Positions 28,358 to 38,011 of a stretch of 64,000 bases of DNA are shown in pieces; within the stretch, counting starts at the first letter, position 1, and the number at the start of each line of letters is the position of its first letter. The position numbers were made by a program, and so were the translations under genes. The stretch lies in the sequence record ON287372.1. The stretch is one strand, 5' to 3'. The notes under the pieces are model-generated. The model was not told the origin of the DNA, did no database searches, and worked only from the letters and a program-made list of their open reading frames with translations.

Positions 28358-28387
28358 CCCTCCTCTACCCGTAAAGGTAGAGGAGGG
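28358..28387. terminator. Bidirectional terminator
   Basis: CCCTCCTCTACC-6nt-GGTAGAGGAGGG then AGCTATG. Confidence 0.75.
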
Positions 28388-28398
28388 AGCTATGTTGC

Positions 28399-28968
28399 TT
28401 AGTCGCCGAAGTCTGTGCCAGCTTCACCGTCTTGTGGATTATCTGCAGTGTTACGGTACATGCGGTCGTAAGGAGATAAAGTATTCATGTTGAACTTACT
28501 ATCTTGGGGGGTAGGTAGATTAACTACTTTACCCTGATCGGCTTCAGCTAATGCTTTGGTTTCCGCAGCCTGGCGTTCATCGTACCCGAACTCCTGCCCA
28601 ATCTTATCCAGGTTACGTACAATGCGTCGTTCAGCCTGTTCGATACGCCAGTAAGCCTTCTTAATGAAGTCAGCCAGTTGGCGAGTAGAGAGCTTCTTAG
28701 CCTTGTTCATTGAAAGGATCTTAAGATGAACCAACTGCTTGCGAATATGGTCTTCGGTACCAGCACGCTTGGAAAGGCGTACAACCGATCCTACGCTATC
28801 TTCTGCAAACTTCCTAACCGACGTATGGATATCATCGCAAACACGCTCTAGATTGCCGAGGAGAGCCTCTAGTGATTTCATTGGGTCCATCTCAACTACC
28901 TTAGGGTCTGCAATGACTTCATCTTGATGGGCTTTCAGTAAATCAGTGATGTTGAATACATTGGACAT
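28399..28968 (-). CDS. Hypothetical protein (helical)
   Basis: 189 aa with RBS GAGG. Confidence 0.65.
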   Translation of the reverse strand: MSNVFNITDLLKAHQDEVIADPKVVEMDPMKSLEALLGNLERVCDDIHTSVRKFAEDSVGSVVRLSKRAGTEDHIRKQLVHLKILSMNKAKKLSTRQLADFIKKAYWRIEQAERRIVRNLDKIGQEFGYDERQAAETKALAEADQGKVVNLPTPQDSKFNMNTLSPYDRMYRNTADNPQDGEAGTDFGD

Positions 28969-29002
28969 GGTTCATTCCTCTATTAATAAAAGTAGAAAAT
29001 AG

Positions 29003-29023
29003 AGCAGGGGAATTAACCTCTGC
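29003..29023 (-). terminator. Intrinsic terminator
   Basis: GCAG(A/G)GG inverted repeat followed by CTATTTT on the minus strand. Confidence 0.55.
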
Positions 29024-29025
29024 TT

Positions 29026-29208
29026 TTAGTCGGTTAACTTCAAGAACATTGCCTCGACTTCTTTGTCGGACATTTTGTTGATCGTATCCCATTCCATGCT
29101 GAAACGGTAATGTAGGATCGATTCTTGGTACGCACGCGGAGCTAGTTCAGTTTCACCTGAAGCATCCACATGGAAGGAAAGAATTACGCCGTTTGATTGA
29201 GTGCTCAT
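29026..29208 (-). CDS. Small hypothetical protein
   Basis: 60 aa filling the gap between two terminators. Confidence 0.5.
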   Translation of the reverse strand: MSTQSNGVILSFHVDASGETELAPRAYQESILHYRFSMEWDTINKMSDKEVEAMFLKLTD

Positions 29209-29237
29209 TTTTTAAATACTCGCTCAGTAAAAAAGAC

Positions 29238-29261
29238 GGAGGAAGGTTTTACCCTTCCTCC
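29238..29261 (-). terminator. Intrinsic terminator
   Basis: GGAGGAAGG/CCTTCCTCC inverted repeat, then GTCTTTTTT on the minus strand. Confidence 0.7.
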
Positions 29262-29277
29262 AAAACCTTAAGTCTTG

Positions 29278-30114
29278 CTACTTAGCCAATCCACGTAGTA
29301 CGTAACTCCAGAACATGTTACCGAACACCGACGATTGAGTCAGTGCGGAAATTCTGGCGAACCAGCTCTGCTGTAGGTAAGTACCTCGTTCTGTTTCCGT
29401 TAGCTGAGTATTGAGGTACCCAACTACAGAACGCGATACGGATTCACTCAAGGCGAGGTTGTTGATTGCATACGGCGTAGTGCCGTTAGCGTAACCGTTG
29501 CCCGTCCGGAAAACCGATACCTTAAGCCCATCAACCATAAACATGTTTGTTGGTAGTGTAGAGTAGTCCTGGAACTTACTTACAAACGCGGTCTTGTCAT
29601 AAAATACCATTCCGCGTAAAATTTGACTTACGTCTCCGATAGCAGTACCGGCAATACGAGTTGCAATTAGCGGTGGAGTTTTATTAAAGAGTACTTTAGA
29701 AACGAGATCCTCTGAAACGACTTTATCGACCCAAACTACTTTAGACGACCAAGTATAAAGGTTCTCCCAAAATACTTGGTGGTTAGAGTCGGAATCGTTT
29801 TCGTGGAAAGTAATACCTAATCCCTTAAGGGAGTAAGTCATCTCTTTATACGCTTCCCTGGCCATCGAAATGCGGTCAGGGTCTGGCTGATAGGGCGCAG
29901 TACCGATTGGGATTGCAGGTACGATATATCCATCGGGTAACTCAAAGCCAGTTACTCGAGAACTACCCAATCCCCATGGATCTCGTTCAAAAGGAGTGAT
30001 CTGACTAATGACTTCTACTCGGGCAGGTTGACGCTGAGTCTTAGCGCGAGTAAGTGAAGCTTTAATAAGATCGGTAACCTTCTTGATGTTGGCTGTATTC
30101 TCGGGGAATTTCAT
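29278..30114 (-). CDS. Hypothetical protein
   Basis: 278 aa with RBS AGAGGA; no recognised motif. Confidence 0.6.
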   Translation of the reverse strand: MKFPENTANIKKVTDLIKASLTRAKTQRQPARVEVISQITPFERDPWGLGSSRVTGFELPDGYIVPAIPIGTAPYQPDPDRISMAREAYKEMTYSLKGLGITFHENDSDSNHQVFWENLYTWSSKVVWVDKVVSEDLVSKVLFNKTPPLIATRIAGTAIGDVSQILRGMVFYDKTAFVSKFQDYSTLPTNMFMVDGLKVSVFRTGNGYANGTTPYAINNLALSESVSRSVVGYLNTQLTETERGTYLQQSWFARISALTQSSVFGNMFWSYVLRGLAK

Positions 30115-30616
30115 TTAGGATAAAATCCTCTTGTTGAGGTTTCTTCTCGAATACCTTGCAACGGTTGTTACTCTCGTCATGATTAATGACGAACCCAGTA
30201 GACTCAAAGAACCCACATCCTTTTTTGTTTTGCGCTACACAGAACGCTTTTACTGATGCTGGCTCAGTTAACGACACCAATGCCTCATAGAGCGTTTTAG
30301 CCACATTACCTAGGCGATGACCCTCATCTACATAGAGACGTTCAATAAGGAGCTCCTGTCGCTCTATAATCGCACTACTGAAACCGATTGGGTTGTTGTC
30401 GTAAAGAACAGCAGCCAACAAGTAAGATCCTGAGGTTAAACTCAGTTCTGACATGTGCTCGTAGAACGTTTCAGTCTCAGAGACGATACCGGCTAACTTT
30501 TCGTGGTACTTGTTCAGGGTGTCAATCTTGCGATCTAAGGAACTCTTGTGCGTAGTCATGAATTCAAGCATTTCTGCTTCATTGACGGAACTATCGAAAA
30601 GACGGATTGTGTACAT
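30062..30616 (-). CDS. GNAT-family acetyltransferase
   Basis: IERLYVDEGHRLGNVAKTL (acetyl-CoA motif A) and NKKGCGFFESTGF (motif B). Start at 30616 preferred because 30652 abuts the promoter. Confidence 0.8.
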   Translation of the reverse strand: MYTIRLFDSSVNEAEMLEFMTTHKSSLDRKIDTLNKYHEKLAGIVSETETFYEHMSELSLTSGSYLLAAVLYDNNPIGFSSAIIERQELLIERLYVDEGHRLGNVAKTLYEALVSLTEPASVKAFCVAQNKKGCGFFESTGFVINHDESNNRCKVFEKKPQQEDFILNEIPREYSQHQEGYRSY

Positions 30617-30656
30617 GTTGGTTAATTTATTCTTGCTAAAGTTAGTATTCAAAGGT

Positions 30657-30664
30657 GTGATATA
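30657..30664 (-). promoter_or_regulatory. Early promoter variant TATATCAC
   Basis: GTATATATCAC versus GTATATATTAC at 23596-23606; heads the accessory island. Confidence 0.5.
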
Positions 30665-30668
30665 TACT

Positions 30669-32003
30669 TCAAACCTTCTCGAGATAAAGCATTAGGGCAG
30701 CCGCACTTTTCATCGTGTTAGACATTAGCCCAGGTTGCTCTCCAGTCCATTGTTCATTGGCCTGAATTAAAACCCCTTCCATTAACGTAACGTTCCCGCC
30801 ATTATCGTAGTAGACTCTGACAGGCATCCCTGGAGTAAGCAGTCTGATATCTGACCGTTGCCAGGTTGTTACCATAAGCATACCACGCTTACCTGAAAGA
30901 TCAGACTGGACTTTAGCAAGGTTATCAGTAACCCCGCGAACTCCCGCCAATGCGCGCTTATCTGCACGTGGCTCAGCACCAATGTCTGCACTGATATCCT
31001 GACGGTTATAGACAGATTGGTTATTGTCGTTAATCGCAGGCTTATCCAAGAACCCAGAGGCTCGGGTAAAGTGGATTGCAGTCTCACCGTTAATGCTGTT
31101 TGAGACGGAGAGGTCTTGCATCTTAACCGCACCTGCGCAAACTACCGTAATCTCCTCACCAACCTTCTTGAAAGAACGATCGGATGCAGGGATCATCAGA
31201 GATGAGCTCTGGATGATGGTCAATCTACGTGTTGTGGTCTTAAACCGGCGAGTATTGAACAATGGGTAAACGTACCAACGCTGGTTTTGAATGAACGACC
31301 CGATACCGTGATTATAAATCCCGTTTATCTCATCCTGAAGAAACGCAGCCAGACCAACCATCCGGATGTTGTTCTCAATAACTAGATCCTGGATCACATC
31401 AGTAGGTTTATCGTTATCTGGATCGACAACATCTAACGAAACGAGCTTAGGTAATCCTTTAGCTGCATCTTCATTGGTCTGAGTGATGATCATAGACTTC
31501 AGAACTTCAACCGGTTTAGCGTACCGGAATATGCCCTGGGCATACTTGGTATTCATTGAGACAGCGATAGGATCAACCAACTGGATACGTAGCATTCTCA
31601 GCTCATCTTTACCATCCGTGTAAGGGGCATTAGTTACAGATGAGTCAGAGGTTAATTGGGCAGCGGAGTTATCTTTCAGGATAACGCGGAATGCGGTAGT
31701 GTACCGTAAACCAGAAGTCAACAGAGTACTGGAGACAGGGTCGACTTGTTCCTGAACCAGTGTAGCGTTCAAGTTGTCACGGTTAGCGTACAGCAAGTTA
31801 TAGTCAGCTGTGATGACTGCGATATTCATTTCGGTGTCATGAGTAAAACTCGTGACGTAATCAGACTCTGTGTATTTCTCAATAACACGAGTCACTTCCA
31901 GCTTTCGATTTGGCAATGTGAAAATAAGACGGAACCGGAATCGGGGATAACTCCCCGACCCAGCTATCTCCATTGCCTGTTTTCTCAACAGGGCAGCATT
32001 CAT
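30669..32003 (-). CDS. Virion protein, putative baseplate hub (T4 gp27-like)
   Basis: 444 aa; C-terminal LLTPGMPVRV...GVL motif typical of hub proteins; structural operon. Confidence 0.5.
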   Translation of the reverse strand: MNAALLRKQAMEIAGSGSYPRFRFRLIFTLPNRKLEVTRVIEKYTESDYVTSFTHDTEMNIAVITADYNLLYANRDNLNATLVQEQVDPVSSTLLTSGLRYTTAFRVILKDNSAAQLTSDSSVTNAPYTDGKDELRMLRIQLVDPIAVSMNTKYAQGIFRYAKPVEVLKSMIITQTNEDAAKGLPKLVSLDVVDPDNDKPTDVIQDLVIENNIRMVGLAAFLQDEINGIYNHGIGSFIQNQRWYVYPLFNTRRFKTTTRRLTIIQSSSLMIPASDRSFKKVGEEITVVCAGAVKMQDLSVSNSINGETAIHFTRASGFLDKPAINDNNQSVYNRQDISADIGAEPRADKRALAGVRGVTDNLAKVQSDLSGKRGMLMVTTWQRSDIRLLTPGMPVRVYYDNGGNVTLMEGVLIQANEQWTGEQPGLMSNTMKSAAALMLYLEKV

Positions 32004-32569
32004 TTATAGAAGTTCCTTTTACGTACTGGACCGAAATCAATACGCTCATTAACTGGAACGTAATCTGCAGCTCTACGAATCTCAATATCGCTCTTAGGCT
32101 TAATGAGGGTAGGGCTGAAATCAACGTAGCCTTTAAAGACATTGTGAACCTCAGGCATCTTGGCAGTTCTGACTTTGTTGTAGATGTGCCGACCAAGTTC
32201 ATCTAGTGATTGGAGATCACGTAGACGTTCTTGGGTGATTGCAGGATCTTCAATGTGCATACTACGACTGATTGACTTCATGTAAACTTCAACGTCGTGA
32301 ATGTGCTCTTGAATGATCTTGTGCATACTACTGATTGCCTTCATCCCCTCTACCATCGTGAACTCTGAACCAGCTTGGTAAAGATCCAACAATTGGTTGA
32401 TGGTACGCCATACACGAGTACGGCGTTTAGATGCCATCTGATCTAACAGAGATGAGCCCGTTGTAAAGCTGCCGCGATGACCGACCATATTCTCATCGAC
32501 CGCATCGTACTCGTACATCTCTACGTTGAACGGCTTATGGAAAATTAAGTACCCGGCGGAATAACTCAT
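32000..32569 (-). CDS. Conserved hypothetical protein
   Basis: 189 aa; ATGA overlaps on both sides. Confidence 0.6.
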   Translation of the reverse strand: MSYSAGYLIFHKPFNVEMYEYDAVDENMVGHRGSFTTGSSLLDQMASKRRTRVWRTINQLLDLYQAGSEFTMVEGMKAISSMHKIIQEHIHDVEVYMKSISRSMHIEDPAITQERLRDLQSLDELGRHIYNKVRTAKMPEVHNVFKGYVDFSPTLIKPKSDIEIRRAADYVPVNERIDFGPVRKRNFYK

Positions 32570-33918
32570 GAAGGAAGACCTCGTAATGCTGCTGGGATAA
32601 TCGAATACATGATCGGGAGGTAATAGAACCGCTCCAGGTTAGACCAGTCTCGAGAATCCTTGAAAAGACCAATCAGTATCTTGGCATCGATAGAGCCTTG
32701 ATCCAACGTTTGCCAAACCAGTGTCTCCAATGTAGACATGGCATCTGACTTACGGTAGAAGTCTGAGCTGAGGACGTAGTAGTCATCGACATCGACTAGC
32801 TTGATTCCATTCTCTACTTCCGGCTCGGCGTTCGGGTCACGCGGGACACCATTACGCTCAGGGATTTTACCGGGCTGTAGTGTTTTAGCCTTAGGGGCAG
32901 TCTCCGGGAAATTAGGGAAGTAATCATCCGGGTTGCTCTTAGGGTAGAACACGAACGGAATACCGACATACCAGGATGAACCGTAATACGGGTTACGTAA
33001 GAACATGGACGTATCGACAATCGGGATCTTTGCTTCCACTACGTCGATCAAATACGGATCGGTGTGCAGTAGTGCATCGAACAGTGTTCTGAATTCCCGG
33101 ATATGGCTGTCCATTACGTTCAGGTTATTCATCCCGTTAAACGTGCCAACTTCTAACTGCGACCAGAGGTTGGTAACGAACTTCGTGATGAAGGGATCGT
33201 AAACGGCTTTACGACCTTGATCCGGAACCAATAACGTACCATACTCCCGATTGAAGTATTGCGTCATGTACTGACGCGGGAGCCGATTACGAATTGACTC
33301 AAACTCTTCGGTAGCGTTATGGGCTTCGTCGGTGAGTATCGGGTTAATCCCACTATCCAAGAAAGATTTGTGGAAATAATACTCACGCTGGACTTTACTC
33401 ATCATCACTTCGTATTCACGCTGAGTCAGGAATGACTTCAGGACATACTCGATAGTGAATGTGGTCTGGCGATAGATGGTACGCTGCTGGATGTTTTCAG
33501 TAACCTGGTACAAGCCCAGTTTACCATCTAACAACGAGGCAACAAACATGTCACCTACGTTAGGACGAACCCCTGGATACATGTTTGCAGTACCACGACC
33601 AGTGAACTCGTTATTACTCGGGTCATAAGTCGGGTTTGCAGGTAACGGGTCAGTTACCATCAGTTCCAGTTTGTGGATCAGGTTGTATTGCTGGTGAATC
33701 CCCAGACGAGTCATCTGGTGACTGGATGTTTCATCATCCTTGTTGAGTACCTGGGAGAAATACTCCACCATCCAACTACGTCCTTCAATGGCCGTAAGCA
33801 TAGTCGACACTGGGGTATACTCAGTATCAACCGCCAAGCCTTTGAAAGGAGTTGGGTTAGGTAGAACCTGCGGCGGTAAAATACTCGACGCGTTTTCGTC
33901 GTCATCAAACAGAGACAT
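32566..33918 (-). CDS. Virion protein, putative neck/head-completion
   Basis: ATG 33918 with RBS AAGGAG; YPGVRPNVGDMF motif; late operon. Confidence 0.5.
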   Translation of the reverse strand: MSLFDDDENASSILPPQVLPNPTPFKGLAVDTEYTPVSTMLTAIEGRSWMVEYFSQVLNKDDETSSHQMTRLGIHQQYNLIHKLELMVTDPLPANPTYDPSNNEFTGRGTANMYPGVRPNVGDMFVASLLDGKLGLYQVTENIQQRTIYRQTTFTIEYVLKSFLTQREYEVMMSKVQREYYFHKSFLDSGINPILTDEAHNATEEFESIRNRLPRQYMTQYFNREYGTLLVPDQGRKAVYDPFITKFVTNLWSQLEVGTFNGMNNLNVMDSHIREFRTLFDALLHTDPYLIDVVEAKIPIVDTSMFLRNPYYGSSWYVGIPFVFYPKSNPDDYFPNFPETAPKAKTLQPGKIPERNGVPRDPNAEPEVENGIKLVDVDDYYVLSSDFYRKSDAMSTLETLVWQTLDQGSIDAKILIGLFKDSRDWSNLERFYYLPIMYSIIPAALRGLPS

Positions 33919-33924
33919 TGTCAA

Positions 33925-35475
33925 TTACTCCTTGACGGTCTGGAAATGATAACCCAGCACTGTTGGCAGGATGATCGATTTATAAGTTATCGAGAAGAAT
34001 CTTTCCGCAGTTACACGAAGCTCTCGGGCTACACGGAAGTACTCACTGATCCTGACAAACTTACCATTAACTGCGGTTGGGTAAGTGCCGCCATTTTTAA
34101 CAAACTCCGGATCGAGCGCATCGATGATCATGTTAAATACATCAGGATGATCTTGCAGGTATCTGGCCGCGAATAACTGTAAGTTCAACAGCTGAGTAAA
34201 TACCCCAACACGTACGTGGTAGAGTTTCTTCACATCTAGGTCATGTTGACACCAGACATTCAGATCCTCATCGATGAAGATATCTCGTTGGTCAATGGGA
34301 CGATCATTCTCGTACACTGCGATGTGGGCAGCGCAGCCTGTTACACGAGGAACCATCAGTCGTTGATCTTTGATGTATTCCAAGAACTTATCGTCGAACT
34401 TGTTCTTGCCTAGCTCCCTCAGGTTAATAACCTTCTTAGGATTAACTGAGTCAACCCTAATGAGGAACTGCGCAATCGGCGATACGTCTGCAATGATTTG
34501 CGTAGGAATCCAATCATCGTAGAACGGGATGATGTTAAACAATGGTTCCGATCTAGACCACGAAAACTTTTGGAACATCTCGTAATAACGACGAGTTGAT
34601 CCACTACTTAATCCACGGAAGTCAGCAGGGGAATACAACCCACGATCTTTACGTAGTCCCGGCGGAATCAGCTGGTTATGCACGACTAAAGGATACTTCA
34701 CTACCATCCCAATAGGACGGTCGTAGCTGAATCGATAACTGAACGAAATATCGTAACAGTTTCCGTCAGGTAGTTTCTCTTCAATCGGCGGTGCCGAGAA
34801 TTCAAAGTTACCCAAGATGTCGAGCTGGTTTTCACGGAACACGTAAGTTTCGTTTTTACCCGCATTATCGACCATCGTAGTCATATCAGCAATTGCGTGA
34901 CTTTTCAGGTAATCGTGGAACTCATCGCCATCCCCTGCTACCTTTTCTTTCATCTCGTGGAAGATGGCCAACATCGCCATTACCTGAACGGGTAAGACGT
35001 AGTGGAAAGGTGCGTTGAATGTTTCGTCGATAAAGTGACGCATGATCTTACGGCGCATCATTGTGCGCCAGTTTTGTGCTGCGTTTTTATCTACAGTACG
35101 GTAAGTAAAGTTAAGCGTAGCTTTCACTTGTTCCCGGAAAGGAGATACCGTGATGTTACGATCGGTGTCAGCCCAAGCCAACATCAGATCATTGTAGTGG
35201 TACGCCGTAGACAGGATCGGGTCGTCATTGACTTCTTCCTGATAGTCCACTTTTATTTTTTGGTAAAAGGGGAACTTAGCGGTATCGGGTTCGCTGTACT
35301 CTTTCTGGTTAAGTGTAGTCAACCAGGTAGGTACAGATTCATTCTCTCCTGAGAATTCAATAAAGGTATCTTCTTTGATACCCGTCACGTTCATGATAGA
35401 ACGGATGATACTGACGTTAACGGGTCGTGTTACGGACGCGTAGATGTCAGGGATAGGAAGCGCTAACTGAGGCAT
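33925..35475 (-). CDS. Virion protein, putative neck/tail completion
   Basis: 516 aa; first gene after TATG at 35526-35523. Confidence 0.5.
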   Translation of the reverse strand: MPQLALPIPDIYASVTRPVNVSIIRSIMNVTGIKEDTFIEFSGENESVPTWLTTLNQKEYSEPDTAKFPFYQKIKVDYQEEVNDDPILSTAYHYNDLMLAWADTDRNITVSPFREQVKATLNFTYRTVDKNAAQNWRTMMRRKIMRHFIDETFNAPFHYVLPVQVMAMLAIFHEMKEKVAGDGDEFHDYLKSHAIADMTTMVDNAGKNETYVFRENQLDILGNFEFSAPPIEEKLPDGNCYDISFSYRFSYDRPIGMVVKYPLVVHNQLIPPGLRKDRGLYSPADFRGLSSGSTRRYYEMFQKFSWSRSEPLFNIIPFYDDWIPTQIIADVSPIAQFLIRVDSVNPKKVINLRELGKNKFDDKFLEYIKDQRLMVPRVTGCAAHIAVYENDRPIDQRDIFIDEDLNVWCQHDLDVKKLYHVRVGVFTQLLNLQLFAARYLQDHPDVFNMIIDALDPEFVKNGGTYPTAVNGKFVRISEYFRVARELRVTAERFFSITYKSIILPTVLGYHFQTVKE

Positions 35476-35526
35476 AAATTCTTTTCCTGTTCACCGGCCT
35501 CGCGCCGTTTTGGGCGGGATGTCATA

Positions 35527-35556
35527 AGAATGCGAGCCCCTAAGGACCCGCATTCT
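35527..35556 (-). terminator. Terminator-like hairpin immediately followed by TATG
   Basis: AGAATGCG...CGCATTCT inverted repeat. Confidence 0.6.
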
Positions 35557-35563
35557 CGATATA

Positions 35564-36673
35564 TTACAGGTAGATCGTGTCTGCGCGACGCGGCTCTGGT
35601 TCATTAGCGCGACGATCAACATCAATCGTCAGGTTAAGATCCTGCAATGCACCTTTCAGTACGAGCAAGTAGTTCTTCGCCAGTTCGGTATCCAGCAACA
35701 GCAGGTGACGGTCATCAGTTGGGATGTGAACAACATCAGCCATATCACCGGCTTGTTCCTTGATGTAATTCAGGAAACCGATATCCTGGAGGAAAGCCAC
35801 ATCGCGACCAGTGAACACAACTTCGATAGAGTTAGGCTCGCCCCGACGTGCTACCAGCAGTACTGCGCGATTAACGCCTGCCTTTACGCTTTCTTCGACG
35901 GGACGGTCGATCTTTACCGGAGCGGGCTTAGCCTCAGCTTTTTCTTTCAGCTGACGCATCATGTGACCCAGACTACCTTCCTGTTTTACTTCGCTGGCAG
36001 GTGCCGCTGCTTCGGATACCAGCTGGGTCAGATAGCCATCGTTCTTGCCGATAGCAGGGTCTGCTTGACGAGCTACTTCAGGAACCGGACTTTCTTCTAC
36101 AGCGGTGCCGTGAGGTGGATCGATGTAATCCTGGTCTTCGTGAACAACTGCACTTGGGAAATGTTCGCTCACGTTCAGAAGCAGGTGATGGAATGTACCC
36201 AGGGCAGAGATATGGTCGTTCATCATGATAGCGACGCTACGTGCTTCTTCACGATTACCAATCTTAACGCTCAGGAATACCTGGCCGTTAGACGTGATTT
36301 CATAAACGACTTCGCCAGTATCCAGGTGAGTGGATTTCAGGCGGAAGGCACCGAAGGTCTGATCGATGCTGCGCGGGTCCGAGTTTGGTTGAGCAGTCGG
36401 AAGCGCAATGATGTAACCAGCAGCGGTCATCTTTTTGACAACCAGTGCTTTGAAGTGCGCGTCGCGTTCATCGCTGGAGATATCGCCGTAGAGATCAATC
36501 AGCTTGAAGAAGTTTTCGGATGCTTTAACCAGCATGAAGTTAGAAGTCTCTTCTACAGTGAAGAAACCATTATCAGCGATCAGTACATCTTTGGCCGACT
36601 GTACGCCTACATCGGAGTCAAACTCAACGACGTCTGGGCCGGAACGGAGTTTCAGTACGAGGGTGGTTTTCAT
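35564..36673 (-). CDS. Hypothetical protein
   Basis: 369 aa; RBS AAGGA; Pro/Ala/Glu linker between two domains. Confidence 0.65.
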   Translation of the reverse strand: MKTTLVLKLRSGPDVVEFDSDVGVQSAKDVLIADNGFFTVEETSNFMLVKASENFFKLIDLYGDISSDERDAHFKALVVKKMTAAGYIIALPTAQPNSDPRSIDQTFGAFRLKSTHLDTGEVVYEITSNGQVFLSVKIGNREEARSVAIMMNDHISALGTFHHLLLNVSEHFPSAVVHEDQDYIDPPHGTAVEESPVPEVARQADPAIGKNDGYLTQLVSEAAAPASEVKQEGSLGHMMRQLKEKAEAKPAPVKIDRPVEESVKAGVNRAVLLVARRGEPNSIEVVFTGRDVAFLQDIGFLNYIKEQAGDMADVVHIPTDDRHLLLLDTELAKNYLLVLKGALQDLNLTIDVDRRANEPEPRRADTIYL

Positions 36674-36732
36674 TTAGGGTCCTTTGAAAAAGAAGTTAAC
36701 TTCAAAATAAGCCCATGGTACGTAAAATAAAA

Positions 36733-36757
36733 AGGAGAGGGAATTAACCCTCTCCTC
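36733..36757 (-). terminator. Intrinsic terminator
   Basis: AGGAGAGGG/CCCTCTCCT inverted repeat, then TTTTATTTT on the minus strand. Confidence 0.75.
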
Positions 36758-36766
36758 TATTATCGA

Positions 36767-38011
36767 TTAGTACGCATTGATGGAACGGTTACAGATAGAC
36801 TGTACGATACGCAGGTAATTGATCGTTAGCGAAATAACTGGCAACGTAGGTTGGCGAGTCCATGAAGCATACGAGTTACCGTAGTTGTACAGGGCGGTAC
36901 GGGCGATCCCTGGGCGACTTTCAGATACGTCACCCTCAAGGTTACCTGACATCACCTTAGCTGAACGAACCACCGATAGAGTGTTCTCAGCCAAACGATC
37001 CATCTTGTTACGTTCACGGAACCGACGAATCGATTCACAAATCCGCAAGCTAATATCCATCAGTTCACGAATCTGATCTACCGTAAACACATCTACGTCG
37101 ATCGAACCTTCAGTGTCTACTGTACCTGGCTCAAAGGTAAACCCAGAGCGCTGCAATGCACGCGCCTTGTTAACCTGAGACTGAACTTCCTTCGGGTTAT
37201 TGTAGTTAAAGGACAACGTGCCGTTAGCTGGCAAATAAACTTCTTTGCGCAGGTTAGGGTGAACGGTTTCGAGTAACTGGACAGTAACGTCGTTTGCGTT
37301 CTGAAGGCTGTTCTCAATTTCCTGACTATCATCAGGATCAACCGATTTCAGCGTCTTGGACAGAATCGCCATGACTTCATTGCCAGCTTTAACGACGTCG
37401 ATACCCCAGGTACTGAGAAGAGAGTCAACGACGTGCTCCAGTTCGCGTAAAGAATCGTGAATCTTAGCGAATTTATCAGTCTTGTTACCCTTGAAGTGCA
37501 AGTAACGCGTGGCGCTAATCCCTGCGTCAAACTTGCTCTCTTTAGGCTGAATACCGATAATGTCTTTGGTGCGCTCACGGGTAGCCTCAGCACCGGCTTT
37601 AACACCAGAAACACGAGTACCCATGTTTTCCCAGAACTCCTTGATTAAACGCCAAAGGCGTATCACCAGGTCACGAGAAGCACCCTTCATCCCATTAGCC
37701 AGATCGCGGAAAGCTTCCATGGAAATAGTCCCTTGGGCAGATTCCAACGATGGCATCCCACCTTTACCGATGTCACCGAACAAAGCAGCGGTCGCCTGAC
37801 TGATCAGGGCGAGTTCATGCTCAGTAACATCACCCTCACGGTCTACAGTACTTTCGAGTTCATCGTAGAGTCCAACGCGGCGCGTCGTCTCTTGGATTTC
37901 ATCATCAATACTTTCTGACTCTAAGTTGATACGCTCAGATTCAGATTCAGCTAAGAGTAGGTCGTAAGGGGAAATATCTTTTAATTCGAATCCCTCATCC
38001 ATCTCAAGCAC
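36767..38011 (-). CDS. Inner-head (ejection) protein paralog
   Basis: Acidic propeptide with PSLE/S and ISME/A, followed by amphipathic LWRLIKEFW helix. Confidence 0.65.
   Translation of the reverse strand: MLEMDEGFELKDISPYDLLLAESESERINLESESIDDEIQETTRRVGLYDELESTVDREGDVTEHELALISQATAALFGDIGKGGMPSLESAQGTISMEAFRDLANGMKGASRDLVIRLWRLIKEFWENMGTRVSGVKAGAEATRERTKDIIGIQPKESKFDAGISATRYLHFKGNKTDKFAKIHDSLRELEHVVDSLLSTWGIDVVKAGNEVMAILSKTLKSVDPDDSQEIENSLQNANDVTVQLLETVHPNLRKEVYLPANGTLSFNYNNPKEVQSQVNKARALQRSGFTFEPGTVDTEGSIDVDVFTVDQIRELMDISLRICESIRRFRERNKMDRLAENTLSVVRSAKVMSGNLEGDVSESRPGIARTALYNYGNSYASWTRQPTLPVISLTINYLRIVQSICNRSINAY

Noticed and set aside
26135-30671. Readthrough at the other free-standing TGA stops (26150 and 30669), or genome-wide TGA recoding
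   Set aside because: Extensions would be only SVHS and SIYHTFEY, with no motif. TGA terminates many genes in ATGA overlaps, so the standard code applies.
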